From positions 4,352,001-4,416,000 of the forward strand of contig CBDCNP010000002.1 in the NCBI GenBank assembly GCA_965219415.1: a stretch of DNA of 64,000 nucleotides, in the 5' to 3' direction. The DNA comes from Candidatus Marinacidobacterales bacterium. Lineage in GTDB: Bacteria > Acidobacteriota > Vicinamibacteria > Marinacidobacterales > DATDRI01. The stretch's first letter is position 1. Every line of letters begins with the position of its first letter. A program made the position numbers and the translations under genes. Shown one piece after another: positions 31,780-43,647 of the stretch. The notes beneath the pieces were generated by a model. It saw only the letters and a list, made by a program, of their open reading frames with translations. It was not told the DNA's origin and searched no databases.

Positions 31780-32641
31780 GGAGCGGGATCCGAGCCTTAC
31801 ACAACAGGAGGCGTTGGCTCGCATCGTCGAAGAACTACGCGAGCTGCGGGAGCGATCCGCCGATCATGAGGACCAGCTCACCGGTCTAAAGAGTTATGGC
31901 GATATGGCCCGGCTGAACCCCGCAGGCCTTACAGGTATAGCGCGCCCTGGCTCGGGCCTCAGCGAGTCTAGTGACTTGTCTCGCGCCCTAGAAGGAGCCT
32001 GGGATGTGGACGACGACGACGTCCATGCTGCGCGCTGCGATCAAGCGGCGCTAGACAAGTTCTCGGGCGTGGCCAGGAAGCACCCCACTTTCCCGTTTGC
32101 TCACTACGCCCTCGCAATCTGCGCTTTAAGTAACGAGAACCCCACCTGGCGCCAGCACGCCGAGCGCGCCCTGGCGATCCTGGAACACACCACACAGATC
32201 GCCGGACGGGCCGGGGCCCACGACCAAGCTTTTGAGTTCTTGCTAGCGCGGCTAGCAGGCGAGCAGTGAACGCTGGGGCGCAACTTCCTTTGGAGGTGCC
32301 GCGCCCATCGGCTAGATTGGAGCGGGCAGCGCGGCACGCCCCCTGGGCGGCCAGCATGCGTCAGGTCGTGGGCGACAGAGCCGCCCGTTGGCGCGCTCGT
32401 GCTCGTCCGCTGCTGCCCAGTCGTCCATCAGCCGCCGCCGCGCCAGCGACGGGTCTTCTGCTGCTCGGAACCGACCACGTTACGTCGACTGGGCTCAAGA
32501 GCCGCGTAGGCCTCGTAGGTACGTTTTGGTCTCTCCGTTGACCAAATGAACAACAACTGACATGGGAGTTCTCCTCGCGAGGCAGCAAAAAAGGCTGCAC
32601 AAAGCTATTTTATCAGGCCCATCGTGTCCAAAAACACAAAC

Positions 32642-33902
32642 TGAAGTGACCCCGCTTTCGTGGACAGGTTAAGAGTTAGGGATCAAGCGTCGCGATAGTA
32701 CCTCCTTTCGAATTGGATAGGCGAGCAATAGTCGATGGCGGAGTGTCGTCGTCGCGGGTTGTACCAGCCTTCGATGAAATCGAAGGTCGCCATGCGCGCC
32801 TCAGCGTGGTAGCGAAACGACCGGCGCTCGATCAGCTCGCACTCGAGCGTCGCGAAGAAGCTCTCGCACATCGCATTGTCGTAACAGTCCCCGACCGAAC
32901 CCATCGACGGTCGCACCCCGGCCTCCCGGCATCGCTGGCCGAACGCTAGTGACGTGTACTGCGTGCCCTGGTCCGAGTGATGGATGACGTCGCCGGGCTT
33001 GCGTTGGAACAGCGCCATGTCGAGGGCGCTCAAGACGAGCGACGTCCGCAGGTGGGTAGCCATTGCCCATCCGACGATGCGTCGGCTGAAGGCGTCCAGC
33101 ACGACGGCGAGGAACAAGAAGCCCGACCACGTGGGCACGTAGGTGATATCGGCGACCCACAGGCGGTCGGGCCGGCGGTCCACCTCGAAATTCCTGTCGA
33201 CGAGGTCGGGGGCGGGACGGGCGTCGTCACAGCGAATCGTAGTGTGCGCCCTCTTGCGCCGGTGAACACCTTGAATGCCAGCCTCGCGCATCAGCCGCGC
33301 TACACGCTTGCGTGAGACGTGGAGCTCGTGTGTCTCTCGTAGCTCGTGGAGAATCCTCGGCGCGCCGTACGTGCTCCGCGACGCGGTGTGAATCGCCCGG
33401 ATCTTCTCAAGCAACTCCGCATCCGACACCGCGCGGGCCGACGGGGCACGCTCAAGCCACGCATAGTAGCCGCTGGCGGAGACGTCCAGCAGTCGGCACA
33501 TCGTGGCAACCGGTAGTGAATCCTGGTTCGCCCTCACGAATCGGAAGGCTTCGGTGGTACCGACTCGGTCTCCCGAGCGAACCAGGCCGCGGCTTTTGAG
33601 AGGATCTCCCGCTCCAACCGTAGTTGACGGTTCTCCCGTCGCAGGCGGCGGAGCTCCGCACGCTCCTCACTCGTCAGACCGTCCTGCCTGCGACCCTCGT
33701 CGAGATCCGCCTGGTTCACCCAGTTCCGGATCGTCTGGCCCGAGGGCTCAAACTCTCGCGCCAGCTCTTCGGAGCCGCGGCCAGCTCGCACCAGCTCTAC
33801 CATTTGGCGCCGGAATTCGGCCGCGTATCTGTTTCCCTGCTTTGACATCGTGGACTCCTGTCTCCCAAAGGATTAGGTGTCCACGAAAGCGGGTCAAGTC
33901 CA
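32642..33902 (-). mobile_element. IS3-family element A, complete (orfA 33534-33848, orfB 32683-33537)
   Basis: TG...CA ends with IRs; 3-bp TSD AAC; overlapping orfA/orfB. Confidence 0.92.
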
Positions 33903-34045
33903 AACGAACTCAAGACCCGCTGTTCCAAAAACTTGTAAGCAGGCGCTTCCGCGCACGGGCGCCGCGACCTCGGCCGGCGCGCCCAGCACGAGACCCGGGT
34001 CAGCGGGTAGCGGTCCCTGTTCACAGAAGACGCCGAACGAGATGA

Positions 34046-35281
34046 TTAGTCCTCGTCGAGCCGATTGAAGGCTTTTACCGCCTGGCCTATCGCGGTCAGC
34101 CATTCATTGGAGTGTTCGAGTAGATCGCCGACCTTCGGCTTTCTCCCGTCGACGACCACGCGCCATGTCCAATAGTTGCCGTCCTTCTTCACCGTCGCTC
34201 CGCGAACGAGCCGGGCCACGGCCTCCAGGTAATCCACCCCTACTTGCGGATCGCCGCTTTGCTTCGCGTAATCGACCACGTAGTTCGTGTTCAGATCTCC
34301 ATTCGGAAACAACGTGCCGAAGTTAATTTTGCTTCCATCGCTCCGATGCCAGTTCAGGATGTACGAGGCGCGTGACAAGGTGACTTCGAAATCGTCGCCC
34401 TGGGCCTCGTAGCTCTGGAAGAATGCCCGCACGCGCTCCGGTAGTGCCGGATCGACCTGTTCCATCTGTTCGTAGAACTCCTTCTCCGTGATCTGCGTCC
34501 TGCCTCTTATGTCGCCTGACGCTGGCGGCGGGTCCTCCACCACGACCTCCGCGTCGGCCCGTCGCACGACAGCACGCTCGATTTCAACCGTCTTGGCGAG
34601 TACCCTCGGCTCTACAATGATTCCGCCCGCCGAGCCCTCCGGCATGTCGAAGATGGCCAACTCCACGAGCCCGAACGCGATTCGAATGCCGGCGGACTGG
34701 TTGAGATAATCCGCAATTCGTTCAACTCCTTCGCGTATGCCGTCGCCCACCACGATCAGGAGAAAGCGGCCGCTGGTAAGGCTACGCGCGACGTCGTCCA
34801 CGAAGGTCGCCTCGTCAATCGTATCGTGCTGCGCCCGCACGATATCGAACAACGCGTTGGTGTTTCTGGAACGTCTTGCAGCCCGGCAAACGGCATTGTT
34901 CAGCTCATCGTACGACCAGCGACTGATTTCCTTCGCGTAGTCGAGGATCTGGGAGACAGCACCGCGCCGTGCCTCCGGGTTACGCCACAGCTTGCACTCA
35001 ACGATGGACAATCGACCCTCCTCGCTCATGTAGGCGAGGTCGATCGGCCCGGCCGCGGTTGGCAACTCCCGACAAAGCGGTGTGGCAGGAGCGAACGCAG
35101 GATCGATTTCTCCGATGGGAAGGATTTCAGGAGTCTCGAACAGAAGCTGTTGCAGCCAGTCCTCGTCATACCCGTTACCGCCGGACCCGATCTCCAGTCG
35201 ACGCCGGTGCAACGGAACCGCGCGGCTTCCCTTAAGTTTTGGGAGGTAGACTGTCTGACCGTATCTGGAACGGTTGGACAT
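34046..35281 (-). CDS. NucS/EndoMS-like PD-(D/E)XK nuclease domain protein
   Basis: EDWLQQLL, GPIDLAY, IVECKLWRNPEARR, QILDYA. Confidence 0.75.
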   Translation of the reverse strand: MSNRSRYGQTVYLPKLKGSRAVPLHRRRLEIGSGGNGYDEDWLQQLLFETPEILPIGEIDPAFAPATPLCRELPTAAGPIDLAYMSEEGRLSIVECKLWRNPEARRGAVSQILDYAKEISRWSYDELNNAVCRAARRSRNTNALFDIVRAQHDTIDEATFVDDVARSLTSGRFLLIVVGDGIREGVERIADYLNQSAGIRIAFGLVELAIFDMPEGSAGGIIVEPRVLAKTVEIERAVVRRADAEVVVEDPPPASGDIRGRTQITEKEFYEQMEQVDPALPERVRAFFQSYEAQGDDFEVTLSRASYILNWHRSDGSKINFGTLFPNGDLNTNYVVDYAKQSGDPQVGVDYLEAVARLVRGATVKKDGNYWTWRVVVDGRKPKVGDLLEHSNEWLTAIGQAVKAFNRLDED

Positions 35282-35377
35282 GCTCGATTCTCCTTTCTGT
35301 AGCGGCAGCCCCGGTTAGTCCGGCGCAGTCGAGACATTGTAGCCGCACTGCGAGGCGCACGAACTGGGTGCTTCCGC

Positions 35378-35542
35378 GGTGCTTGCGCGGTTTACTGTTG
35401 GTGATGTGTACGCATCCCTTTGCAAAAGAGGCGCTTACGCTCCATTTAGCGCGCAGCGAAGGTCACGAGCTCTATTTTGGCTGTAATTAATGCACCGTAA
35501 AATCTTAACGTCATCTCACCAACACTTAATGGCGGAAGCACC
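35378..35542 (-). mobile_element. IS1-type MITE (copy 5), preceded by an 11-bp IS1 IR stub
   Basis: ggtgcttccgc|ggtgcttgcgc...gcggaagcacc. Confidence 0.85.
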
Positions 35543-35699
35543 CCGTTGCTATTACAACTTCGTCCGACCGCACGGAGCTCTGAAGTTCGGACGTGAGATC
35601 CGAACTCCGGCTATGCAGGCTGGTCTGACGACGCGACGGCTCACCTTTCGAGACATCTTCTTGGCGACGACGATGCCTTTGTGGTCGCAGATCGAGGTT

Positions 35700-36962
35700 T
35701 GACCTTGCCCAGGAAAAGTGGACGGGTTGATTATCTCGCATGAGCAGTTTTGAGATCATGAATCCGTTCGAACACCATTGGGCTGTTGTAATCGAGTGAC
35801 GAGTGGAGTCGATATGGATTGTAGAACCCCTCGATGTAGCTCGCGACCGCGTCTTTGGCCATACGTCGTGTTGGCCAACTACGTCGGTGGAGGAGTTCGG
35901 TCTTGAGTGTGCCGAAGAAGCTCTCGGTCACGGCGTTGTCCCAGCAATCACCCTTGCGGCTCATCGAGCACACGATGCCGTACTCATCGAGCACGGCCTG
36001 GTAGGTCGCAGCCGCGTATTGAGTACCACGGTCTGAATGATGCACCAAGCCACTTTCCGGCAGGCGGCGCCCCAAGGCTATGTGAAGCGCCTCGAGAGCA
36101 AGCTCCGCGCGCAGGTGGGGCTGCATCGCCCAGCCGACGACACGACGCGAGAACAGATCGAGGATGACCGCCAAGTAGAGCCAGCCTTCCCAAGTCCGGA
36201 TGAAGGTTATGTCCGTCACCCAGAACTGGTTCGGTCGTTCGGCTTCGAAGTTCCGACCGAGCACGTTGGGTGCGACAGGACGATCGTGCTTGCTGTCGGT
36301 CGTGCGGCGAAAACGCTTGCTGGGCAGGCCCTGCAGACCCATCTCACGCATCAGCCGTGCCACTCGCTGCTTGCCCACCTCGACGTTCTCCCCGTCAAGC
36401 TGGCGACGTACACGCTCCCTGCCGTAGGTACCACGGCTATGGGCGTGGATCGCTTGGATGCGCAGCTTCAGCTTCCCATCCTCACACTGTCGCTTGCTGG
36501 GCGCGCGCTTCATCTGAGCGTAGTAGCCGCTGGTCGATACCCTCAGGACTCGGCACATCACCCGCACCGGGTAGTTGGCCCGCTCCGCGTGAATGAAATT
36601 GAATCTCATTCGCTTTCTTTCGCGAAGAAGGCCGCCGCCTTTTTTAATATTTCTCGCTCTTGCTCCAACGTGCGCACTCGACGTCGTAGCGAACCCAGCT
36701 CATCACGTTCCGCCGTCGTCAGAGCCTCGCGTGGACCTTCACCGTGATCAACTTTGTATTGTTTCACCCAGTTTCGAAGGGATGATTCCGTCAGGTCCAG
36801 TTCCTTAGCGACCTGGCCGATGCTGCGCTCGCCTTCCCTGAACAACCGGACCGCTTCCTTCTTGAACTCCCCCGTGAACTTCCTGCGTCGTCGTTTTCCC
36901 ATGGACGCCTCCAGGCGCATTGTCGCGCCTCGGTTGGTGTCCACAAAACCCGGGCAGGGCCA
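35700..36962 (-). mobile_element. IS3-family element B (orfA 36606-36902, orfB 35731-36609), inserted in an IS1 3' remnant (35543-37061)
   Basis: TG..CA ends; TSD GTT; A6G at ILKKAAAFF; WVTDITF, HSDRGTQY, WDNAVTESFF. Confidence 0.9.
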
Positions 36963-37292
36963 GTTTGCGTGCTTTGCGTGCTCACTGGGGCGCGTAACTC
37001 GCTCTCTTCCGCACCTGTACCACTGCCCGCAGCCGCGTAGCAACACTTGATGGCGGAAGCATCGGGACGGTTTGTGAGACCGGGGAACCATACATCGTTT
37101 TTTTTTGACAGGAATCTTAGGACTTCACCGATTCATGCACCAACACCGTTCTGGCTTGCTAACTTCGTGTAACGCCACTAAAATAGCGCCGTTTGAGTTT
37201 CGCTCGAAGCTCGAGCACCAACCTCCGGTCGCCCACGCGGTGGGTGCACCGGCTAACGTTAAGTTAGCTTCAAAACGGAGGAGACTTGAGGA

Positions 37293-37593
37293 ATGGCGAA
37301 AAAACCCATGACCAAAACCCAAATCGTGGCCCATGATGTCGGAAACGATGCAGGTTCCGAAAAAGCAGGCCGCGGCATGGTTCAAGTCGATTGCCGATCT
37401 CGCGGCGAAGGAGACGAAGCGGACGGGCCAGTTCATCATTCCCGGAATTGGAAAACTCGTGAAGGCGCAACGAAAGGCGCGCAAGGGATACAACCCCCGG
37501 ACCGGCGAACAGATTCGAATCCCGAAAAAGACGGTAGTCAAGTTTCGAGTAGCGAAAGCTTGCCTGGACGCCGTCGTCTCACCGAAGAAGTAG
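37293..37593 (+). pseudogene. HU-like DNA-binding protein, frameshifted after codon ~14
   Basis: MAKKPMTKTQIVAH continues in another frame as MSETMQVPKKQA...PGIGKL...RKARKGYNPRTGEQIRIP. Confidence 0.8.
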
Positions 37594-37822
37594 CTCACAA
37601 GCGACGCCTCGGAATGTCCTACCGAACGACGGATGCACGCTGGCGACGTGCCCGGCGTAAAAAGCGGGCGAAGGATCGGGCGAAGGCGGACACTGAGAAT
37701 CCGACGGAAACCAAAGCATTGCAGGTTCCAGAGCCCCACCAATTCGGCCGGAGGAGCCAACGGGCGAGGGGGATGTTGGCGAACGGGTTGCTACCCTTGG
37801 ACATTCCTTCGCCAGCGAGTCG

Positions 37823-38266
37823 ATGATGCACCACTACCACCTATCGACGCACCACGTGTTCCAGATGCCACGCTCGGATGTTCGCTCCGAGACATTGGCT
37901 GCGTTGCAGTCCATCATCGAGGTGGCCACCGGCGGGCAAGCGGTGCCGTTACCCGGATTCCCCGAATACTTTCTAAGCATCAGGAACACCTGGGTCGGCG
38001 CAGTGGGGTGGCTCATCCAGGGACCCGAGCACCGGGTCATGGTTCAGTGCGTGACAGCCTGGACGATTGAGGGCGCAGCAAAGGGCGTGCGCTGGTTGGG
38101 GACGGAGCTACCGGAGGAGTTGGACTTGCCTTGTTGTCTGGTCAAGCTTGGACTACCCCTGCTTAAGGATCCCGGTGCGGCAAGTTGGCTTGATGATGCC
38201 GAGCGGTGCATTAGCTGGGCGATGCTACCCACGCCTCCTCCGAGGAATGGCACAAGGTTGCCCTGA
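37823..38266 (+). CDS. Hypothetical protein
   Basis: 147-aa ORF with plausible globular composition; no motif recognised. Confidence 0.4.
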   Translation: MMHHYHLSTHHVFQMPRSDVRSETLAALQSIIEVATGGQAVPLPGFPEYFLSIRNTWVGAVGWLIQGPEHRVMVQCVTAWTIEGAAKGVRWLGTELPEELDLPCCLVKLGLPLLKDPGAASWLDDAERCISWAMLPTPPPRNGTRLP

Positions 38267-38336
38267 TGGGTGTATCGCCTGAGCTTGGGAATCAGACGCA
38301 ACTCCGGGCGGGTGTGCCTTCTATTTATTCATCCGC

Positions 38337-39039
38337 GTGATGGAGATCACGGATATACTCAGCCAGAACGTGCCCCTGGAGGACGTGCAGTATCTGGCCG
38401 GACACTCCAACCCCTCGGGCCACACAGTTCTATGACCTGCGTAGACAGCACGTCACTCGCAACATCGTGGAGCGTGTCTCGATATGAAAGAAGGACCAAG
38501 GAAGAGAGACATCCTTTCGAGGCCTGCTAGCAAGAAAGCCGCTGCACGGCCTCGTTCGGCTCCCCGCAATGAATCCAAGCCCGTGCCGATTCCTCTGCCC
38601 GAAAGTGTCCGCCACCAGCGGGCGGGTGAAACGACGGAACGTTCCGCGCATCTCGAAAAACTCAAACAACTCTTCGAGGCGGCTCCGATCAGCCGCTACC
38701 TGGGCATGACACTCAGCTATTGCGAGAACGGCGTGGCGCGCGCGCGTTTGCCGTTTCGGGCCGAGTTCGAAGAAAGGCATGGCGTCATCCACGGGGGTCT
38801 CATCAGTCTGCTGGCGGACACGGCGGGTAACTTCGCGGTGGGTCGGTCTCGCTGGGCTCCACGGTCAAGACGGTGGAGTTCAAGATGAGCTTGCTGGCGG
38901 GAGTCCAGGGAGACCTGGTCGCCATCGGAGAGGTCGTCCGCAAGGGACGCTCGCTCGCCACCTGCCGGCTCGAGGTCGTTGGGGGCAACGACCATGTGGC
39001 GGCCATCGGGCTGGCCACTTATGCCCTCCAGGCTGTTTA
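38337..39039 (+). pseudogene. Second, diverged tyrosine-recombinase fragment + frameshifted PaaI thioesterase (38484-39039)
   Basis: Inverted paralogue of 19308-20015, with a frameshift near 38850. Confidence 0.75.
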
Positions 39040-39070
39040 GCCATCTGCACCTGCTTGTTGCAGTCCAGGC

Positions 39071-39236
39071 GGTGCTTCCGTCATCAAGTGTTGGTGATGT
39101 GACGCTAAGACGTTACGGTGCATTAAGTTACAGCCAAAATAGCGCTCGTGACCTTCGCTGCGCGCTAAATGGAGCGTAAGCGCCTCTTTTGCAAAGGGAT
39201 GCGTACACATCACCAACAGTAAACAGCGCAAGCACC
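39071..39236 (+). mobile_element. 166-bp IS1-type MITE (copy 6)
   Basis: Duplicate of 15487-15652. Confidence 0.85.
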
Positions 39237-39359
39237 ATTCTGGCTCAAACTCTAGCACGCAGACCGGTTACGCGGCGGCTACCAACACTTGATGGCGGAA
39301 GCACCAATTGGTTGGACGGAGAACATAGGCTGCACGTTTTTCTCGACAGCCTCGACGAG

Positions 39360-40759
39360 GGTGATGTCTTAAGATTCCTGTCAAAGAAAAACGATGTATG
39401 GTTCCCCAAGCTCAAACCCGTCCCCGTCATGGGGACAGAAAAGGAGAACCATACATCATGGGAAAGGTACTACCGAGTCAGCGATTGCTCAAGCAGTTCG
39501 AGGAACAACTGGTATTTGGGGAGATGAATCTCTCGGAGATCGTCCGGTCGGGAGCTCAGATGATGCTTCAATATGCGTTGGAGCGCGAGGTGACGGAGGC
39601 GTTGGGTCGAAACTACTATGAGAACGCTCCGGCAACGACGAAGGAGAAGGGACGACGCAACGGGTATGAGTCGCATCGGGTCCTCACGGGCGAGGGAGCG
39701 GTGACGGTGCAAGTGCCGCGGGTACGAGAAACAGAGAAGGTGTTTCAGTCAAAGATTCTCGACGCCTACGTGAGCCGGACCGAGAAACTCGATGAACTGA
39801 TCGCGCGGATGTACGTCCACGGGATGTCGACGCGTGACATTGAGGCGACGTTCGCGGACGTGCTGAGCGGCACGGGTGTCTCGAAGTCGGTGGTGAGCCG
39901 GGTCACACGGTGTCTGTCGGAGGATTTCGAGGCGTTTCGAAAACGGGATCTCTCGAACGAGAAGCTGTTGTATCTCGAGCTCGACGGCACGTACCTGCGC
40001 TACCACCAAGGAGCGGAGAGGAAAGAGCCCATCCTCGTTGCGACCGGCTATCGCGCTGATGGGACGCGAGTTCTTCTTCATATCGGTGTCGGCAACCGAG
40101 AATCCTACGAGAACTGGAAGGGGTTCTTGCAGGAGATAGTGGCCCGAGGAATGAGGGAGCCGTTGCTCATCGTGACGGACGGGAATCCTGGAGTGCTCAA
40201 AGCGATCGCAGAGGTCTTCCCTCGAAGCCTCAAGCAACGTTGCCAGAAGCACCGCCTCGAGAACATCCTGGGCAAGGCTCCGAAGGAAGTGCGCGACGAA
40301 CTCAAGGCGGCCATCCTTGAGTCGTTCCATGCGAACAGCTACGAGCAAGGGCTGAAGAAGGGTCGGGAGGTGATCGCTCGGTACCGTCAACGATTCCCGA
40401 GCGCGATGAAGTGCATGGAAGAGACCCTCGAAGCATGTCTTCAGGCGCTACGCCTTCCTGCGGCGCATCACAAAAGGCTTCGCACGTCGAATCTACTTGA
40501 GCGCACGTTCGGAGAGCACAAACGTCGCACAAAGGTCATTCCTCACTTCTTCACCGAGGAGGCCGCGATGAAACTCTCGTTCGCTGTGCTCTTGGCCGCC
40601 GCAAACAAATGGCGCGGCGTGAGGATGGATGTCTTCGCCGCTAGGAAAGTCGAGGAGCTTCGCAACGAGCTTCTCCCGCAAGGCACGTCGGAGGAATCAG
40701 CAGCTTAACCGAGCGCGGGGAACCGTACGGAGATTTGACAGGAAAATTAAGACTTGACC
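39360..40759 (+). mobile_element. Second IS256-family element; transposase CDS 39458-40708
   Basis: 26-bp IR ggtgatgtcttaagattcctgtcaaa / tttgacaggaaaattaagacttgacc. TSD TCGACGAG, with the empty site visible at ~15364. A solo left end lies at ~37083-37129. Confidence 0.93.
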
Positions 40760-40897
40760 TCGACGAGTGCCTTTTGAGGATTAACTCTGTCGCGTCTTTG
40801 CTTGCGGAAGAATTCAAGAAATATCCCCGATTGAAAGACTCTTTTTGAGAATAGCGTGCAGGACCGCTGATTGGCCTCAAGCCCTAGAGAACGATCT

Positions 40898-41500
40898 TCA
40901 AATTCTCTTCGATGACGACGCAGTTTTCCCCCACGGGAAGTAGTAGAGCGCTTCGGCGGTTTTGTCGGCGGTTTCCTGCCCAGCGATCTGAGCTACCAAA
41001 GCTAGGGACGCGTCGTAGGTCATCAGTTCCCCAATCGAGCTCATCATGTTGCCGTCGGTGACGATGTGCTCGTTGTCGACAACCTTGGCCTCGGGGAAAC
41101 GTTTTGCCAGGTCCTCGGTCCCGCCGATGTAGGTCGTGACGCGCCGACCCTCGAGAAGGCACGCCTTGCCGAGCAGGAAAGCCCCGGCGCAATTGCTGGC
41201 GACGTATTTCGCTTTTTCGGCGCGGTCCTTGATGAATCCGATCAGCTTATTGTTGGCCAACAGTGGCTCCACGTCGAGACCGCTCGGGACGACTAAGACA
41301 TCTATCGGTGGACAATTCGCGAAGTCGTAGTCTGGCTCGACGCGCAGGCCTTCCTCGCTCACGACGACCTTCTTCTCTTCTGCGACGAGAAAGGGCTCGA
41401 ACGGAACCGACCCCTTCTTCCCTGCTTTCGCGAAGATCTCGATGGGCGCGGTAACTTCACTGGTCAAGAATTTATCGAAGACAACGATACCAACCTTCAT
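40898..41500 (-). CDS. DJ-1/PfpI family protein (duplicate)
   Basis: Translation identical to 14631-15233. Confidence 0.9.
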   Translation of the reverse strand: MKVGIVVFDKFLTSEVTAPIEIFAKAGKKGSVPFEPFLVAEEKKVVVSEEGLRVEPDYDFANCPPIDVLVVPSGLDVEPLLANNKLIGFIKDRAEKAKYVASNCAGAFLLGKACLLEGRRVTTYIGGTEDLAKRFPEAKVVDNEHIVTDGNMMSSIGELMTYDASLALVAQIAGQETADKTAEALYYFPWGKTASSSKRI

Positions 41501-41899
41501 TCTTTCATCCTCCGTTAGCTTCTTCCGGAAAAAAGCGCCGTAGGGCTTCACTCGGGACCGGTTGTCCCAACGGCGTCAAGGTAAACATGAGCAGCCCGGA
41601 AATAAAGAGCCCGGGCAGAATCGGGTGGACGACCTTGACCCAAGACACGCCCGCCAGGGTCAATACCGTCCAAGCCGCAGTCGTGAGTCCTCCCCAGACG
41701 CAGGACGCGACCGCCGCTTGCGTGGAAACGCGGCGGTTCGTCAAACCGACCAGCAATGGGAAAAAGAAACTGGCCCCGACAATAGCGAGGGCGTAGGCGA
41801 CCAGCTCCAATATTAGCGCAACATCCGGCACCGAGCCGAGAAAAGCCAAGGCGCCGCCGACGAGAATCGTATAGCGGGAGATGCGCAGGTAGTAGCGTT

Positions 41900-42065
41900 G
41901 GTGCTTCCGCTATTAAGTGTTGGTGAGATGACGCTAAGACTTTACGCTGCATTAAATTACAGCCAAAATAGCTCTCACAACCTTCGCCGCGCGCTAAATA
42001 GAGCGTAAGCGCTGTTTTTGCAAGGGGATACGTACACATCACCAACAGCAAACAGCGCAAGCACC
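41900..42065 (+). mobile_element. 166-bp IS1-type MITE (copy 7)
   Basis: Duplicate of 14066-14231. Confidence 0.85.
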
Positions 42066-42070
42066 CATGT

Positions 42071-43266
42071 CGTGAGGTCAAAATACTCATGCGGCTTCCC
42101 GATGGTAGAAACGGAGCAACCCGCCAAGCCGTTCACGGGAGCGCACCTTGCGCTCGGACTGAGGTAACGGGTCGCTGGCTGGGAACAGCAGCAGATTCTC
42201 CTTGCCTTGATGATTCCTCTCATGATGATAGTAGACGACGTACTCCCTAAGCGCATGACGGAGCGACTTCTCGCCGAACAGGATGAGCTTCGAGAGACAT
42301 TCCTCTTTGACTGACTTCACCCAGCGCTCCGCGAACGAGTTCAAATCCGGGCTCCGTGCGGGCAGCTTGACGGGCGCGACGCCAACCGCCTCGATCCGGT
42401 GGAACGACTCGCAGAACTTCGAGTCCCGGTCGTGAATGAGGTATCGGCTCGAGGACAGAAAGCCAACATCTGCCATGGTCACGTTGCGAGCCACTTGAGT
42501 CATCCACTGTTCGTTCGGATGCGGCGTGATGCCGGCGACGTGGACTCGACGGGTAGCCAGGTGCATGAAGAACAGAACGTAGTACGTCACCAACCCGCCC
42601 TGAGTCCACACTTCCGCGGTGAAGAAATCTGTCGCCGCGAGCACGTCCATGTGCGAGCGGATGAATTCCCTCCACGTCGTGGTCTTCCGACGCTCTGGTG
42701 CGAGCGGAATGCCGTGGCGTTTCAGAATGTTACCGACGGTTTGGTCGGCCACTTCATGCCCGAGGTTGGCTAGCGCCCCGGCAATCCGGTCGTAACCCCA
42801 GGAGTTGTTCTCCTTGGCGAGACGCACCACCAGCTCTTCGATGTCGGCGTCGATTCGCGGTCGCCCTGGATACGGACGGTTCTTGGAGCTATCGAACTTC
42901 TTCGCGACAATCCTCCGGTGCCAACCTAGGATCGTGTCGGGGTTCACGATACTCGCGACCTCATCAAGGGCTTGCTTACCCAGACGCTTTCCGAGCTCGG
43001 CCAGAGACCGCCGTTCTCCATCGGTCAGGCGCAAGCGACCCCGGAGCTGATTGCGAAGAACTCGATTCTCGGCCACAAGATACTCGTTACGCAGGAGCAA
43101 CTCCTCATCCACGGACCCTGAGATGTAGCTCAGCATGGTCTTCCAGTCCATTGCGACTCCTTCCGCTGAACTGGAATACGTATCCGACCTCGATGGCGGA
43201 TTCAAGCAGCCTTTGGAAAGCTGCAAACTGCTGACCCGCTGGGCGTTCGAATATTTTGACCAGACG
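42071..43266 (-). mobile_element. Complete rve IS (copy of 21284-22482); CDS 42087-43151
   Basis: Same IRs and a near-identical protein. Confidence 0.88.
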
Positions 43267-43369
43267 CGACCTCCGACGACGAAGAACATCCGTGAGCTCA
43301 TTGTACGCGTGGCGCAGGAGAACCCGATGTGGGGATATACGCGCCTGCGGGGCGCACTCAAGAACCTCA
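43267..43369 (+). pseudogene. rve transposase internal fragment
   Basis: [34 protein letters not shown]. Confidence 0.7.
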
Positions 43370-43647
43370 AACACAGACACTAAGCTGCTGATTTATGGTC
43401 TATTTCAAAAGGGCCGAGTTTTGGCACAGGACGCCATCGAAGGTCGCCGCATCGTTCCGGCACGCCGACGATGAGCGTGGCCGGGTCGTCGGCATCGGAC
43501 AGCTCGGCAGGTCCACAGGCCAACCCAGTGAAAAGGAGGAGGCCGCAAGACATCCCCCCTAAGCCATTCATAAGCAGAAGCTTAACCCAAGAAGGGTGGC
43601 GGTCGCGAACGTTGACTGCCGAGAGACGTTCGGTTACTCTCCAAGAC

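Larger units (their letters stand above)
38983..42065 (-). repeat. Inverted, near-identical duplicate of 14066-15740, interrupted by IS256
   Basis: Same order of MITE, symporter fragment, DJ-1, NACHT fragment, IS1 stub, MITE and PaaI tail. Translations in the ORF track are identical. Confidence 0.92.

Noticed and set aside
31535-32269. 244-aa ORF as a real gene
   Set aside because: The first third is element-end sequence; only 31780-32269 looks like the orphan 3' part of an unidentified gene.
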